Assembly: GCA_964587535.1 (NCBI GenBank)
Contig: CAZPMA010000001.1
Location: 13,153 to 77,152, forward strand
Direction: 5' to 3'
Length of the DNA: 64,000 nucleotides
Source: an uncultured Bacteroidales bacterium
GTDB lineage: Bacteria > Bacteroidota > Bacteroidia > Bacteroidales > UBA12077
This document shows, one piece after another, positions 20,340-31,480 of this stretch. Within the stretch, counting starts at the first letter, position 1. Every line of letters starts with the position of its first letter. The translations under genes and the position numbers were made by a program. A model generated the notes under the pieces. That model saw only the letters and a list, made by a program, of their open reading frames with translations. It had not been told where the DNA came from and did not search any database.

Positions 20340-22457
20340 CTAGTAAAATTTAGCTCTTTTATCAACAATGTTTGCTGTTTCTTTTAAAGCTTCAAAAGCT
20401 TCATAATTAGCTCTGTTTTTATATTGATTCATTGTTTGTAATTGTTGAAGATCAACATTACTGTTCTCATCAGTACGTATTGATTTTACGTTAAGAATAA
20501 AAACACCGTTATTTCCAATAACCGGACTAGATAATTCATCCATATCCAGAGCTGTTGCTACTGCTACTAATTTTGGTTCTATTCCAGCATTAGGAACAGA
20601 GTAAGTTCTAAAGTTTATATCATTTGCTTCGAAAACTTCAGTGTTTAGTTTTTCAGCAACAAAACTCAGGTCAGAATTTTCGTTCAAGGCTGCCAGCATT
20701 TCTTTTTCAATTATCTCTGCTTTCTTTTCTTTCTTTACTTGCACGGTAATTTGATTTTTAACCTGTTCAAATGGAGCAATACCTTCTTCTTTAATTTCTG
20801 ATACAAATCCAATAACAAATCTATTGCCTAATTCAAAAATAGGATTGTTTTGAGATTTAATAATCTTATTATTATCTGTATTATAGATTGATCGTATTAA
20901 TTCTCTTGGATTTTCTAATCCTCCTAATTGTCTGTCGTTTTCTTTTATATCAGAAGCAACTTTTTTGGTGATACCTTCTTCTTCTATAGCTTTTACAAAT
21001 TCATCATAGGTATGATTATTTCCAGCAAATTTACTAGCCTGAGCATATGTTTTCTGATAAGTTTCTGTACTTGGTAATAATTTTCTTGAAAGAACTGCAA
21101 TTTTTACTTTCTTTTCATCTTTTGATTTATCAGTAACCTGAACAATATGCATTCCATATTGTGTAGCAACTAATTTATATTCTCCAACTTTTGCAATAAA
21201 ACATGTATCGCTAAATGGAGAAACCATTTGATTTGCTCTAAACCATCCTAAATCACCACCTTTTTCATTTGCAGCTTTATCTGCAGAAAATTTATTTGAA
21301 AGTTCAGAAAAATCTTTACCGTTTTCTAATAATGACTTAATGCTATCTGCTTGAGCTAATAGCTGACTATAATTTTCATTATTAGTAGGTTGAATCAAAA
21401 TATGTCTTGCTTTAACTGAATCGGGAAGATATTTTACTTCAGAAACTTTTGCTATAGAGAATATCTCATTCTCAAAATAAGGGCCATAAACAAAACCTTC
21501 TTTTTCAGCAAATAATACATCTTGCAATAATTCTGGCAATTCATCTTTTTTATAAAAGTTATTATCAAAAGTTAAATCACCATTTAAGTTAACAAAATCA
21601 GCATCATCTTCAGTGGTTTCAAAATCAGATTTAATATCATTAATCCAGTTTTCTGCTTCTAACTTATCATTTTCTGATGGTGTTACATCAAATGTTATGT
21701 ATTCAATGCTTCTAGATGCAGTTTGCTTATATTCCTTAGAATTTTTATTGTAATAATCTTTTAGATCTGCATTTGAAACGCTTACTAAACTATCAGGTAT
21801 AGTGCTTATGCTTTTATATACAAAATCTACATCTACAGTTTTATTTAAAAAGTTGATTTCATTTTGTGCTTCAGATTTTGTTGCATATAAACCTTTTTGA
21901 ATTAATGTATTATATTTTGAAAACATTCTTTCTTGTACCATTTGATCTTCAACAAATAACCAATATGCTTTTTGCTGACCTGTTGGGTCCTGATCATATG
22001 ATTTTAAAAATCGTATAACTGCAACTGTGTTAAGCTCACCTGTTTCAGGGTTTGTAAATAAGTTTTGTATTATTGGATGGATGTTTTCTCCCTGAACCAT
22101 ATCCCAAAGTTCTGCACTGCTAACGTCTAACCCAAGTTCTTCATATTCATCTTGCAGAATATAATCTCGAACTAATTGATTCCATGTTTGCTCTTGTACT
22201 CTTAATGTTGTATTCTCATCTAAAGAGTTTTGGCCAGATGTGAATTTTGTAATTTCCATAATATCATTTAATTCTTTTTGATATTTCTGGTAAGGGATAG
22301 ACTTTCCTGAGATTTCTGCAATCTCAAATTGTGAATTTGAGAATAATGCTCCTCCTGAATTTAAAAAGTCACCTAAAATAAAAGCAAGCAATGCCATTCC
22401 AATTACTATTGCTACTAAAACTCCTGCTCGATTTCTAATTTTCTCTAAAGTTGCCAT
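20340..22457 (-). CDS. ppiD: Periplasmic chaperone / parvulin-type PPIase, PpiD-like
   Basis: N-terminal TM anchor, SurA-like N domain, parvulin core (ARHILI...GGDLGWF). Confidence 0.8.
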   Translation of the reverse strand: MATLEKIRNRAGVLVAIVIGMALLAFILGDFLNSGGALFSNSQFEIAEISGKSIPYQKYQKELNDIMEITKFTSGQNSLDENTTLRVQEQTWNQLVRDYILQDEYEELGLDVSSAELWDMVQGENIHPIIQNLFTNPETGELNTVAVIRFLKSYDQDPTGQQKAYWLFVEDQMVQERMFSKYNTLIQKGLYATKSEAQNEINFLNKTVDVDFVYKSISTIPDSLVSVSNADLKDYYNKNSKEYKQTASRSIEYITFDVTPSENDKLEAENWINDIKSDFETTEDDADFVNLNGDLTFDNNFYKKDELPELLQDVLFAEKEGFVYGPYFENEIFSIAKVSEVKYLPDSVKARHILIQPTNNENYSQLLAQADSIKSLLENGKDFSELSNKFSADKAANEKGGDLGWFRANQMVSPFSDTCFIAKVGEYKLVATQYGMHIVQVTDKSKDEKKVKIAVLSRKLLPSTETYQKTYAQASKFAGNNHTYDEFVKAIEEEGITKKVASDIKENDRQLGGLENPRELIRSIYNTDNNKIIKSQNNPIFELGNRFVIGFVSEIKEEGIAPFEQVKNQITVQVKKEKKAEIIEKEMLAALNENSDLSFVAEKLNTEVFEANDINFRTYSVPNAGIEPKLVAVATALDMDELSSPVIGNNGVFILNVKSIRTDENSNVDLQQLQTMNQYKNRANYEAFEALKETANIVDKRAKFY

Positions 22458-22612
22458 TTAATGTTAATTTTATCTAGATTTTTTAAAGGTTCGAATATAA
22501 TAATTTTTAATTTTTTTATAACTAATTCTCTAAATTTAATCCGCAAATTTAGTATTTTATTATATTCTTTTGTAAATATTAAGCTTAATAATTTAATTTA
22601 TGCCAAATAAAT

Positions 22613-23848
22613 CTATGTTGTTTCCTTAATTTCTAACTTAATAAGTTCAATTTTGGTATTAATAACTTTTAAAACTTTAAATTGAAAACTTCCAAGAATG
22701 ATGTTATCATTTATTTGCGGTAGCTTCTCGGCAAGATATAATACAATACCCGCTATGGTCTCATACTCATCGCTTTTCGGAAGATTAAGTTTGTATTTCT
22801 CATTCAAATAATCAATTTCTAACCTGCCTGAAAAAATAAAATCATTTTCCGATAATCTTTTTTCGATTAACTCATCTGTATCATGTTCGTCTTCTATTTC
22901 ACCAAAAATTTCTTCAAGTATATCCTCAATTGTTACGATCCCCGATGTTCCGCCAAATTCATCAACAATAACTGCTATATTCTGACCTGTTCTAATAAAA
23001 TGGCCAAGCAGTTTGTTTGCTTGCATGGTTTCAGGGAAGATGGAAATGTTATTTATCTGAAAGTCTGACTTGGTTAGTACAGATTTGCTTTTTATGTAAC
23101 CCACAATTTCATCTATTGTTCCCTTATAAACAATAATTTTTGAAAAGCCTGTATCGATAAATCTCTGTTTTAATTCTTTTTCAATATCCTTTATCTCAAT
23201 TGACTCTATTTCTGTTCTGGGGATCATACAATCACGTATTTTAATTTCTGAAAAATCCAGGGCGTTCTTAAAAAGTTTTATTTCTGATATTGTACTTTCA
23301 TTTTGTGTTGTATGAAGCTGACTTTCTCTTACCAATTCATTTAAATCATCTTTGTTAAAATTAGATTTTAGTTCAGATTTTAATTTATCTTTTAAAAATA
23401 ACCTTAAAGGGGCATTTGATAAAATTATTAGTAAGTAGGTTAACGGTGAAATCAGTATAAACAATAAAACCAGAATAGGGGCAAATGTAGTAATTATGTT
23501 GTTGGAAAAGTATTCGCTTAATGTTTGAGGTATAATAATAAAAACAGGTAAAATTAATATGCTAAAAATAAAAAGAAACAGGATTAGAAAATGTAAACTT
23601 ATATGGTTACTTAATACGGTTGTAAGATATAAAACAAGAATAACTAAATTAAAGGTATAATATATTTTGATGCTTAGCTGAAATTCAATAAAATTTCTTC
23701 TTATAAAACTTATTATTAAAGAGTTATAGATTACATTTTGTTTATCTAATTCTAATTTAAGTTGATTTATAGATCCAAAGGCAGAATCAAATAAAATAAA
23801 AATTAATAGGGTTGAAAATAAAAATATATATATGAACGTATCGTCCAT
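22613..23848 (-). CDS. CNNM/HlyC-CorC family protein (DUF21 TM domain + CBS pair + CorC_HlyC), GldE-like
   Basis: Hydrophobic N-terminal half, CBS region (MIPRTEI...VDEFGGTSGIVTIEDILEEIFGEIEDEHD) and a CorC C-terminus. Confidence 0.8.
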   Translation of the reverse strand: MDDTFIYIFLFSTLLIFILFDSAFGSINQLKLELDKQNVIYNSLIISFIRRNFIEFQLSIKIYYTFNLVILVLYLTTVLSNHISLHFLILFLFIFSILILPVFIIIPQTLSEYFSNNIITTFAPILVLLFILISPLTYLLIILSNAPLRLFLKDKLKSELKSNFNKDDLNELVRESQLHTTQNESTISEIKLFKNALDFSEIKIRDCMIPRTEIESIEIKDIEKELKQRFIDTGFSKIIVYKGTIDEIVGYIKSKSVLTKSDFQINNISIFPETMQANKLLGHFIRTGQNIAVIVDEFGGTSGIVTIEDILEEIFGEIEDEHDTDELIEKRLSENDFIFSGRLEIDYLNEKYKLNLPKSDEYETIAGIVLYLAEKLPQINDNIILGSFQFKVLKVINTKIELIKLEIKETT

Positions 23849-24052
23849 TTAAATTTGTTTTTGGTTAGATTTACGAGTGTGTTTTCTAATTAAGTACATT
23901 AAAAAAGCAACTATTGCAAATATAAAGAATATATAACTTTTTGTAATGCCTTCGTAAATTGTTTGATGAATTGCAGTTAATAAACATAGTAAGGATGTTA
24001 TTAACCATATGATTTCAAGTATTTTAGGTAAATTATTTTTCATTATCAACAC
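23849..24052 (-). CDS. Small two-helix membrane protein
   Basis: Two hydrophobic helices. Abuts neighbouring genes in the same operon-like run. Confidence 0.4.
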   Translation of the reverse strand: MLIMKNNLPKILEIIWLITSLLCLLTAIHQTIYEGITKSYIFFIFAIVAFLMYLIRKHTRKSNQKQI

Positions 24053-24632
24053 TTATTGTTCCTGATGTTTGTTTTATTTTCCAGTTTGATAAATCTTCGT
24101 TTGATTCAAATCCTTTACCGTGTATTATTCCATCCTGGTTTGTGATTTTTACATATCTGTCAGAATAAATTTTACCTAAATTCTGATCCCAAACTAGAAA
24201 TTCAGTATTTAACGTATCTCCACTTTCATTTACCGAAACTACATTGTTTTCTGCAGTCCATATTTTAGTATTTTCATCGTAAATACAGTAGTTTGCTTTT
24301 ATATAAGAAGTAACTTTTTGGGTTGTGTCGAAAAATTGAACATGAATACCTTTTGGGAATTCAATATACGGTTCTTCTGTATTTAAATAGCGATTAATTT
24401 CATCTGCAATCATTTTATTTTTTATGATTGCGTTTTCACTATATATAATTTCGGTATTGTATACAGATAGTGCAGGAGCATTTAATTCACTTGTTAATTG
24501 ATTTATCTTTTCGATGCTATTTCGTTGGCAAGCACCAAAAAACATAATAATTCCTGCTAACACAGGAATTATTATGTTTTTAGTGCAAAAAATGCAGACT
24601 GTATTATCTTGCTCGAACCGTTGTTTTTTCAT
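24033..24632 (-). CDS. LptC-like periplasmic protein (LPS export)
   Basis: N-terminal anchor, about 190-aa beta-rich body, and the conserved Bacteroidota context (coaX, OMP, TPR, this gene, CNNM). Confidence 0.45.
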   Translation of the reverse strand: MKKQRFEQDNTVCIFCTKNIIIPVLAGIIMFFGACQRNSIEKINQLTSELNAPALSVYNTEIIYSENAIIKNKMIADEINRYLNTEEPYIEFPKGIHVQFFDTTQKVTSYIKANYCIYDENTKIWTAENNVVSVNESGDTLNTEFLVWDQNLGKIYSDRYVKITNQDGIIHGKGFESNEDLSNWKIKQTSGTISVDNEK

Positions 24633-25989
24633 TGATCCAACATTCTACAGTATAAATATCACCAACTTTTAAATTATAGAAGAATATAGTTTCATTATCA
24701 GGGAAATGAGGTTTATATGCTTCAATAAATTTATTTGCATCATCGGTTAATGCAGGATCAATTGCTTTTGCTTTCATAAACTTATCAACAGCAACCCAGT
24801 AAACAGTTTTTTGATAAAATTCATCTTCGCTACAAGATTTACTTGATGCCGCATAAATATTTCCTATTAATAAATATGGGTATCCGCTATTAGGATCAAG
24901 TTCTGCAGATTTAAGTGCATATGATCTTGCTTTTGGATAATCGCCAATACGACGTGTAACATCTCCTAGTTCTAAATAATATTTAGCTTTTTGAGTTGCA
25001 TCTTCTTGCAATTCAATTGCTTGTAGGTAATAATTTACAGACGCTTCTAGTTTTTCTGACTGATTTGCAAGTTTAGCAAGCTCATAAGCAGGATTTGCTG
25101 CTGGTTCTAATGAATTTAACTTATCAAGCATTTTAAAGAATAAATCAGAATCAGTACATTTTGTTGAACGTAATAAATCTGTTGATTTCTTTAAAAATTC
25201 TAAATCTTCAGGAGTTTCAGAAAATTTAGTAGCATAGAAAGGAACTAAATCTTCACAACTTGCTGCTCCGCTTGTTTCAAATACTTGATCAATAGCTGCT
25301 TTAGCTTTTTCAACATTCTCCCATCCTTTTATCTGATTCTTAATGATATGATCAGCTATTTCAGATATTACGCCATAATCTTCAACCACTATACCGCCTT
25401 CAATAGAGTTTGCCTGAAATAAAGCATTTGAAGTTTGCATAAAGGTTAATAGTTCAGCTGCACCTGATTTGTGTTTTTCCAATGATATTGATTCTTTTAA
25501 CCACTCATATGCTTTTTGCATATTCTCAGTGGTATTTTCAGCATACTTAATATAATCAATACCCATATTGCCAAGTACGAATCCTTTTTGACCATAATAT
25601 TGAATTCTTTTCTTATAAATATTCATCATACTATCAACAAGAGCTGCCTTTTCTTCACCTTCAGCTTTTTGTATGTCTCTTTCGATCATTTTAATACCAT
25701 CAATATAAATGTATTTTGTAGACTTAGGACATTCGGTGTAAACAATTTTCCATGGTTCAATTGCTAAATCGTAGTTTTTTTGTTTAACATATTCTCTAAA
25801 CATAGAATAGTTTTTAATACATCGTACACTATCTTCACCATGTCCAAATCTTGAACCGTCTTCGACACCCTTCTGGCTGTATCCAAACGATACAATCATC
25901 ATCAAGATTAATGTAATTAAAATTTCTTTAACTAATGTTTTCATTTTTATTGATTTTAAAATTATTGATATTTTCTTTTTATAAACCAA
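24604..25989 (-). CDS. TPR-repeat protein, secreted
   Basis: Signal/anchor sequence and TPR-like helices (AKYYLELGDVTRRIGDYPKARSYALKSAELDPN). Confidence 0.6.
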   Translation of the reverse strand: MVYKKKISIILKSIKMKTLVKEILITLILMMIVSFGYSQKGVEDGSRFGHGEDSVRCIKNYSMFREYVKQKNYDLAIEPWKIVYTECPKSTKYIYIDGIKMIERDIQKAEGEEKAALVDSMMNIYKKRIQYYGQKGFVLGNMGIDYIKYAENTTENMQKAYEWLKESISLEKHKSGAAELLTFMQTSNALFQANSIEGGIVVEDYGVISEIADHIIKNQIKGWENVEKAKAAIDQVFETSGAASCEDLVPFYATKFSETPEDLEFLKKSTDLLRSTKCTDSDLFFKMLDKLNSLEPAANPAYELAKLANQSEKLEASVNYYLQAIELQEDATQKAKYYLELGDVTRRIGDYPKARSYALKSAELDPNSGYPYLLIGNIYAASSKSCSEDEFYQKTVYWVAVDKFMKAKAIDPALTDDANKFIEAYKPHFPDNETIFFYNLKVGDIYTVECWINEKTTVRAR

Positions 25990-27296
25990 AAGTCATACAA
26001 GGTAAAATTAATTCCAAATGTATTGTAACTTTCTTTAATTAAATTATTGTCTGTTGTTCCTCTGGTACCAATTACATACGATAAATTTAAAGTTGTTTTT
26101 TTGTTTATTATTGGTAAACCTAGTCCAAAAGTTATGCCATAATTATTTATCTGATTATCAAATATTTGAAGATAGCTTTTGTTGTAATAAAATCCTAATC
26201 GGTAATTTATACGTTTTAAATAATTATTATAAGAATACTTTTCTGGTATATACTCTAAACCAAGATTAATAAAATGATCGTTAGTAAAATTAACTGTTTC
26301 TTTTATTGATTCAGTGCTATTTATATCAAATAATGATGAGCCAGACCAGTTTTGTAATGTATAGTCAAGTCCTACTGTAAGTTTATTAACTATTCCTACT
26401 GTAAAACCAATGCTGTACTTTTCCGGAATAGTAAAACTATAATTTTTATCTACGGATGCAGAAATCGTATCTATGGTTGTTCCAAACTGATTTAAATATT
26501 CTTTAATATTATACTTGTCTGCATCAAAGTATGATGTAGATAAGATCAGATTATCTTTATTATTTTTAAATAGTATTTTATTTGAATAAGTTACTCCAAC
26601 AGTGTAAAAAAACTTATTGTCAAAAGTTTTGTAATATTGAAGTCCTGCTTCAAATGCAAATTTTTTCAGAAAAATACTATTTTCAGTAATTGCTACATTA
26701 TTTCCAGTACCATCTTCAAATGAAGTTAAGGAGTATTGTTCAATATTACCAAATAGGTAATTTATGTTAAAACCAAAAGATAAATTATCAAGTATATTAA
26801 ATGAGTTTGTTAGGAATAGTTGATTTATTCCACCTTCTCCATAATTATAAAAATTCATACTTAGTGTGTCAACAAAATTATTAACTTCTGTTTGCTTAAC
26901 ATTATAACCAACTTTTGAGTAGGGCGTTAGGCCAAGTGACATAAACCACCATTTTCTAACAGGAAATGCAACTGCCAAATGGTCAAATTCAATATTTGTG
27001 AATGATGCATTATCTGAACTAGTTTCTAAGTGCTTGGAAATGTTTTTAAACCCCAGATCGAAAATAAATGAGAAAGTATCTTGTGCACTAACTGCTGCAG
27101 GATTCATGTAATTAATCTGATTATTTGTTCTTAATCCTGTTGCAATTCCTCCCATTGCCACACTATTATTAAAACCGTTCCTGTTAATTTCACCTATGCC
27201 AAATCTTGTATATGGAGAATTTGTTCCACTTTGTCCAAAAGTATTTGCGCTAGCAAATAGTGCAAAAAATATAATTGTAAAATATCTTTTTATCAT
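25962..27296 (-). CDS. Outer-membrane beta-barrel protein (putative porin-like)
   Basis: Signal peptide ending FGQ, NSPYTRFGIGE motif, and alternating amphipathic strands throughout. Confidence 0.55.
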   Translation of the reverse strand: MIKRYFTIIFFALFASANTFGQSGTNSPYTRFGIGEINRNGFNNSVAMGGIATGLRTNNQINYMNPAAVSAQDTFSFIFDLGFKNISKHLETSSDNASFTNIEFDHLAVAFPVRKWWFMSLGLTPYSKVGYNVKQTEVNNFVDTLSMNFYNYGEGGINQLFLTNSFNILDNLSFGFNINYLFGNIEQYSLTSFEDGTGNNVAITENSIFLKKFAFEAGLQYYKTFDNKFFYTVGVTYSNKILFKNNKDNLILSTSYFDADKYNIKEYLNQFGTTIDTISASVDKNYSFTIPEKYSIGFTVGIVNKLTVGLDYTLQNWSGSSLFDINSTESIKETVNFTNDHFINLGLEYIPEKYSYNNYLKRINYRLGFYYNKSYLQIFDNQINNYGITFGLGLPIINKKTTLNLSYVIGTRGTTDNNLIKESYNTFGINFTLYDFWFIKRKYQ

Positions 27297-28021
27297 CTTG
27301 ATTTATTGTATTCTAGTATAATGTTTAATCCTATTAAGTTTAAATTTAAGTTTACAAAGATGGTATTTTTTAGTTTTTTATCAAAGAAAATAGCATCTCC
27401 TCCTGTTAAAATTGTTTTTAGCTCATCTTTTTCCTCAATTAATTGGTTAATATAGCTGTTTATTTCAAAAATAATTCCGTTCTGAACTCCTGAGATAATA
27501 GCTTTATTCGTATCATCACCTATTAAATTAAAATTCTCATTTTTACTTAATAATGGAAGTTTTCCGGTAAAATGATTTAGCGCTTTAAATCTCATTTGTA
27601 ATCCTGGTGATATTGTTCCACCAAGGTATTGGTTTTTATCATTAATAAAATCAAAAGTTATGGCAGTACCTACATCAATCACCAAAACGTTTTTGTTCGG
27701 GAAAATATTGTTTGCGCCAACAACGGCAGCTAACCTATCTTTACCTAAAGTGCTTTTGGATTTATATAAGTTTTCAATCGGAATCTTAGTGTATTCATTT
27801 AGTTCAATATATTTACTAAAATTAGATTGAAAATAGTTCGTTAAGTTATCATTAATTTCTTTAACCGTAGATAATATTATTTGATCAATTTTTTTTTCTG
27901 CAATAAATGATTGAATAGAATTTACTGATAATTGATCTAAAATAGTATAATCAATTAATTCATTATTGTTAAAAATTGCAAGCTTATTTCTTGTATTACC
28001 AATATCTACAGCAAGATTCAT
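27293..28021 (-). CDS. coaX: Type III pantothenate kinase (start taken at ATG 28021; a TTG at 28048 is also open)
   Basis: LAVDIGNTRNK, VIDVGTAITFD, and GGDA near the C-terminus. Confidence 0.85.
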   Translation of the reverse strand: MNLAVDIGNTRNKLAIFNNNELIDYTILDQLSVNSIQSFIAEKKIDQIILSTVKEINDNLTNYFQSNFSKYIELNEYTKIPIENLYKSKSTLGKDRLAAVVGANNIFPNKNVLVIDVGTAITFDFINDKNQYLGGTISPGLQMRFKALNHFTGKLPLLSKNENFNLIGDDTNKAIISGVQNGIIFEINSYINQLIEEKDELKTILTGGDAIFFDKKLKNTIFVNLNLNLIGLNIILEYNKSR

Positions 28022-28096
28022 CTGAAAGTCTTTAAAAATCAGTTGCAAAGATATAAATTATCTGAATACAAGACTCATAAAAGAAGTTAAACCCTA

Positions 28097-31000
28097 TTAA
28101 ATATTCTTAAATTTTTCAATTGCCGACAAAATATTTGCAATATTTTCAAAAGTCATTATAAGCCGGTCTTTATTTTCTTTCATTTTTACATTTTTAGGAT
28201 TTTGTTGCAGATAATTTAGAATTTGGACAAATTTTGGAGATTTGAAGAATAAAGAATCCTGATCGTTAATGAAATAAGCAACAAGTTTATTGTTTTTTAA
28301 TATAATCTTTTCTATTCCGAAATCTAATGCAATCCAGCGAAGTCTTACTATATTTAATAACTCTTGAGTTTCTTTTGGTATTTTTCCAAACCTGTCAATC
28401 AATTGATTTTCAAAAATTATAAGGGATTCTTCGGATTCAATATTATCCAATTCACGATATAATTTAATTCTTTCAGAGATATTACTGATATATGTATCGG
28501 GGAAAAGTATTTCAAGATCAGTTTCAATCTGACAATCGCTCACAAATCGCTGATCTTTTATTTGTTTTTCTAATTCTTCTTTTTTCTCGCTTTCATAAAG
28601 ATCTTTAAATGAAGATTCTTTTAATTCTAATATGGCTTCATTTAATATTCTGTGATATGTTTCAAATCCTATATCGGTAATAAAACCACTTTGCTCAGCT
28701 CCCAGCAGGTTTCCTGCACCTCGAATATCAAGGTCTTGCATAGCTATATTAAATCCGCTACCCAGCTCAGAGAATTCTTCAATTGCTTTTAGTCTTCTTC
28801 GGGCTTCTTGAGTAACAGATGTAAGGGGTGGGGCAAGTAAATAACAAAAAGCTTTTTTATTTGATCGGCCTACACGACCACGTAACTGATGAAGGTCGCT
28901 TAAGCCAAAATTTTGAGCATTATTAATAAGAATAGTATTTGTATTTGGTATATCCAGACCCGATTCAATAATTGTTGTTGCAATTAAAACATCATATTCA
29001 TAGTTAATGAAATCGAGCATTACTTTTTCAAGTTTTTTAGCTTCCATTTGTCCATGAGCATGAACAGTTCTAACATCAGGGCAAAGCTTATTAATCAATA
29101 ACTCGATTTCCTGAATATTCTGAACCCGGTTGTGAATGAAAAATACCTGTCCGTTTCGCTGAAATTCATACTCTATAGCTTCTTTAATGATATCTTCATT
29201 AAAAGTATGTAACTCGGTAATTATCGGAAATCTATTTGGTGGTGGAGTATTAATAATTGAAAGATCACGGGCTCCCATCATAGAAAATTGTAATGTACGT
29301 GGTATTGGTGTAGCGGTAAGTGTTAAAGTGTCAACATTAACCTTAAGTTTTTTTAGTTTATCCTTTACTGCAACGCCAAACTTTTGTTCTTCATCAATGA
29401 TAAGTAGTCCAAGATCTTTGAATTTAATTTCTTTACCAACTAATTTATGTGTGCCAATAATAATATCAATTTTACTTTCTTCTATATCCTTAATAATCTG
29501 AGTTTGATCTTTTCTTGATCTTAATCTGCTTAAATGATCAATATTACACGGGAAATCTTCCAGTCTGTTTTTAAAAGTCTGATAATGCTGCAAAGCTAAA
29601 ATGGTTGTAGGGACTAAAACGGCAACCTGTTTATTATCGGCAACTGCCTTAAATGCAGCGCGAATGGCTATTTCTGTTTTCCCAAAACCAACATCTCCAC
29701 ATACAAGCCTATCCATGGGAGTATCAGATTCCATATCTTTTTTAACCGCCGAAGTAGATGAAAGCTGGTCGGGTGTGTCTTCATAAATAAACGATGATTC
29801 AAGCTCTCTCTGGAGGTAAGTGTCAGCAGCAAATGAAAACCCTTTTTGTTCTTTTCGTTTTGCGTAAAGTTGAATTAATTCTTTGGCAATATCTTTTACT
29901 TTACTTTTTGTTGTTTGCTTTAGTTTTTGCCATGCACCTGTTCCAAGCTTGTATATTTTCGGCGGATCAGCATCTTTGCTTTTATATTTTGAAATTTTAT
30001 GTAAAGAATGAATATTAACATAAAGAGTATCTTTATCTTTATAAACTAACTTAATAGCTTCTTGTTTTTTTCCGTTAATATCTATTTTTTCAAGACCTCC
30101 AAATTTTCCAATACCATGATCAATGTGCACAATATAATCTCCAGGATGCAATCCGGTAAGTTCTCTTAAGGTAATTTGTTCTTTTTTCTGTAAACTATTT
30201 TTGATCTTGAATTTATGATATCTGCCAAAAATTTGATGATCGGTATAAAAACAAATTTTTAAGTCATGATCTATAAAACCCTGATGAATAGTATTGTTAA
30301 TTGGGATGAAATTTATATCAGAGTTTATATCAAAGAAAATATTTTTTAAGCGTTCGTTTTGTTTTTCATTATCAGATAATATATAGTTGGTGTATTCCTT
30401 ATTCTGGTTTTCGATTAAATTGTTGGCAAGTAATTCGAAATTTTTATTAAAACTTGGTTGATGCGCAGTTGAGAATACTATTTCTGTTGATTTGTAAAAG
30501 TTTTTTTGACCAAACTCAAAAAATTTATAATCCTGGATTGTTAATTTAAGATCATGTGATGTCAATATTTCTTTTGAATCAGATTCATCTTTAACTTTTT
30601 CTTCTATTTCAGCTATTCTTTCAATTATGTATCCGATATTATTTGCCCAAAGAGTTGTATCAGAATTTAAATAGCTGAATAAAGATTCTGTTTGTTTAAA
30701 TTCTGTGTTAATGCTTGATGGATTTACAATTTTTGGTAATATGGAAATTTCATTGTATGAGTCTTTTGATAGTTGATTATCAATATCAAACGACCTGATA
30801 GATTCAACTTCGTCACCAAAGAAATCAACCCTAAAAGGATAATCTGAAGCAAAGGAAAAAATATCTACAATGCTTCCACGAATAGAATATTGACCTGGTT
30901 CATAAACAAAATCAACCAATTGAAAATCATATTCTTTTAACACTTCTTCAATAAAATCAATCGATATAACTTCTCTAACAGATAACTTTAATGTTGATTT

Positions 31001-31414
31001 TATTATATTTTCCTTTTTTACAACTTTTTCAACAATAGCTTCAGGATAGGTAACTACAATACAATTTTCATTATTTGATAATGCCTGAAGTGTTTCTGCC
31101 CTTAAAAGAGTATTAGCGCTATCTTCCTGTCCATAAATAATTGAACGCTTAAAGGATGTAGGTAAAAAATAGATTGGATACTTACCAAAAAGTGAAATGT
31201 CATTATGAAAATAGGCTGCTTCTTCCTTATCCTGAAGAATAAAAAGATGAGTTTGTTTTAATTTATGTATTAATGTCGAAGCGTAAAAAGCAACAGACGA
31301 TCCAACCAGGTTTTTTAGATAGAGTTTACTTGAAGAATTACCGTGCTTAAGAACTTCCTCTAATTTAAAATTATTTTCTATAATCCTATTTAATCCAGAA
31401 ATTTCCAAAATCAA
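28097..31414 (-). CDS. mfd: Transcription-repair coupling factor
   Basis: 1105 aa. Helicase motifs GDVGFGKTE, DEEQKFGV, TATPIPRT and QLRGRVGRS, plus the TRG region. Confidence 0.95.
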   Translation of the reverse strand: MILEISGLNRIIENNFKLEEVLKHGNSSSKLYLKNLVGSSVAFYASTLIHKLKQTHLFILQDKEEAAYFHNDISLFGKYPIYFLPTSFKRSIIYGQEDSANTLLRAETLQALSNNENCIVVTYPEAIVEKVVKKENIIKSTLKLSVREVISIDFIEEVLKEYDFQLVDFVYEPGQYSIRGSIVDIFSFASDYPFRVDFFGDEVESIRSFDIDNQLSKDSYNEISILPKIVNPSSINTEFKQTESLFSYLNSDTTLWANNIGYIIERIAEIEEKVKDESDSKEILTSHDLKLTIQDYKFFEFGQKNFYKSTEIVFSTAHQPSFNKNFELLANNLIENQNKEYTNYILSDNEKQNERLKNIFFDINSDINFIPINNTIHQGFIDHDLKICFYTDHQIFGRYHKFKIKNSLQKKEQITLRELTGLHPGDYIVHIDHGIGKFGGLEKIDINGKKQEAIKLVYKDKDTLYVNIHSLHKISKYKSKDADPPKIYKLGTGAWQKLKQTTKSKVKDIAKELIQLYAKRKEQKGFSFAADTYLQRELESSFIYEDTPDQLSSTSAVKKDMESDTPMDRLVCGDVGFGKTEIAIRAAFKAVADNKQVAVLVPTTILALQHYQTFKNRLEDFPCNIDHLSRLRSRKDQTQIIKDIEESKIDIIIGTHKLVGKEIKFKDLGLLIIDEEQKFGVAVKDKLKKLKVNVDTLTLTATPIPRTLQFSMMGARDLSIINTPPPNRFPIITELHTFNEDIIKEAIEYEFQRNGQVFFIHNRVQNIQEIELLINKLCPDVRTVHAHGQMEAKKLEKVMLDFINYEYDVLIATTIIESGLDIPNTNTILINNAQNFGLSDLHQLRGRVGRSNKKAFCYLLAPPLTSVTQEARRRLKAIEEFSELGSGFNIAMQDLDIRGAGNLLGAEQSGFITDIGFETYHRILNEAILELKESSFKDLYESEKKEELEKQIKDQRFVSDCQIETDLEILFPDTYISNISERIKLYRELDNIESEESLIIFENQLIDRFGKIPKETQELLNIVRLRWIALDFGIEKIILKNNKLVAYFINDQDSLFFKSPKFVQILNYLQQNPKNVKMKENKDRLIMTFENIANILSAIEKFKNI

Positions 31415-31480
31415 AATTTAATAAATAAAAAGGTAGTTGAATACAACCACCTTAGATATACAAATATATTTTCGATAAGT

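Noticed and set aside
29187-30018. ORFs 29187-29501, 29601-29786 and 29794-30018 (+)
   Set aside because: All are antisense to mfd, whose helicase motifs are unambiguous.
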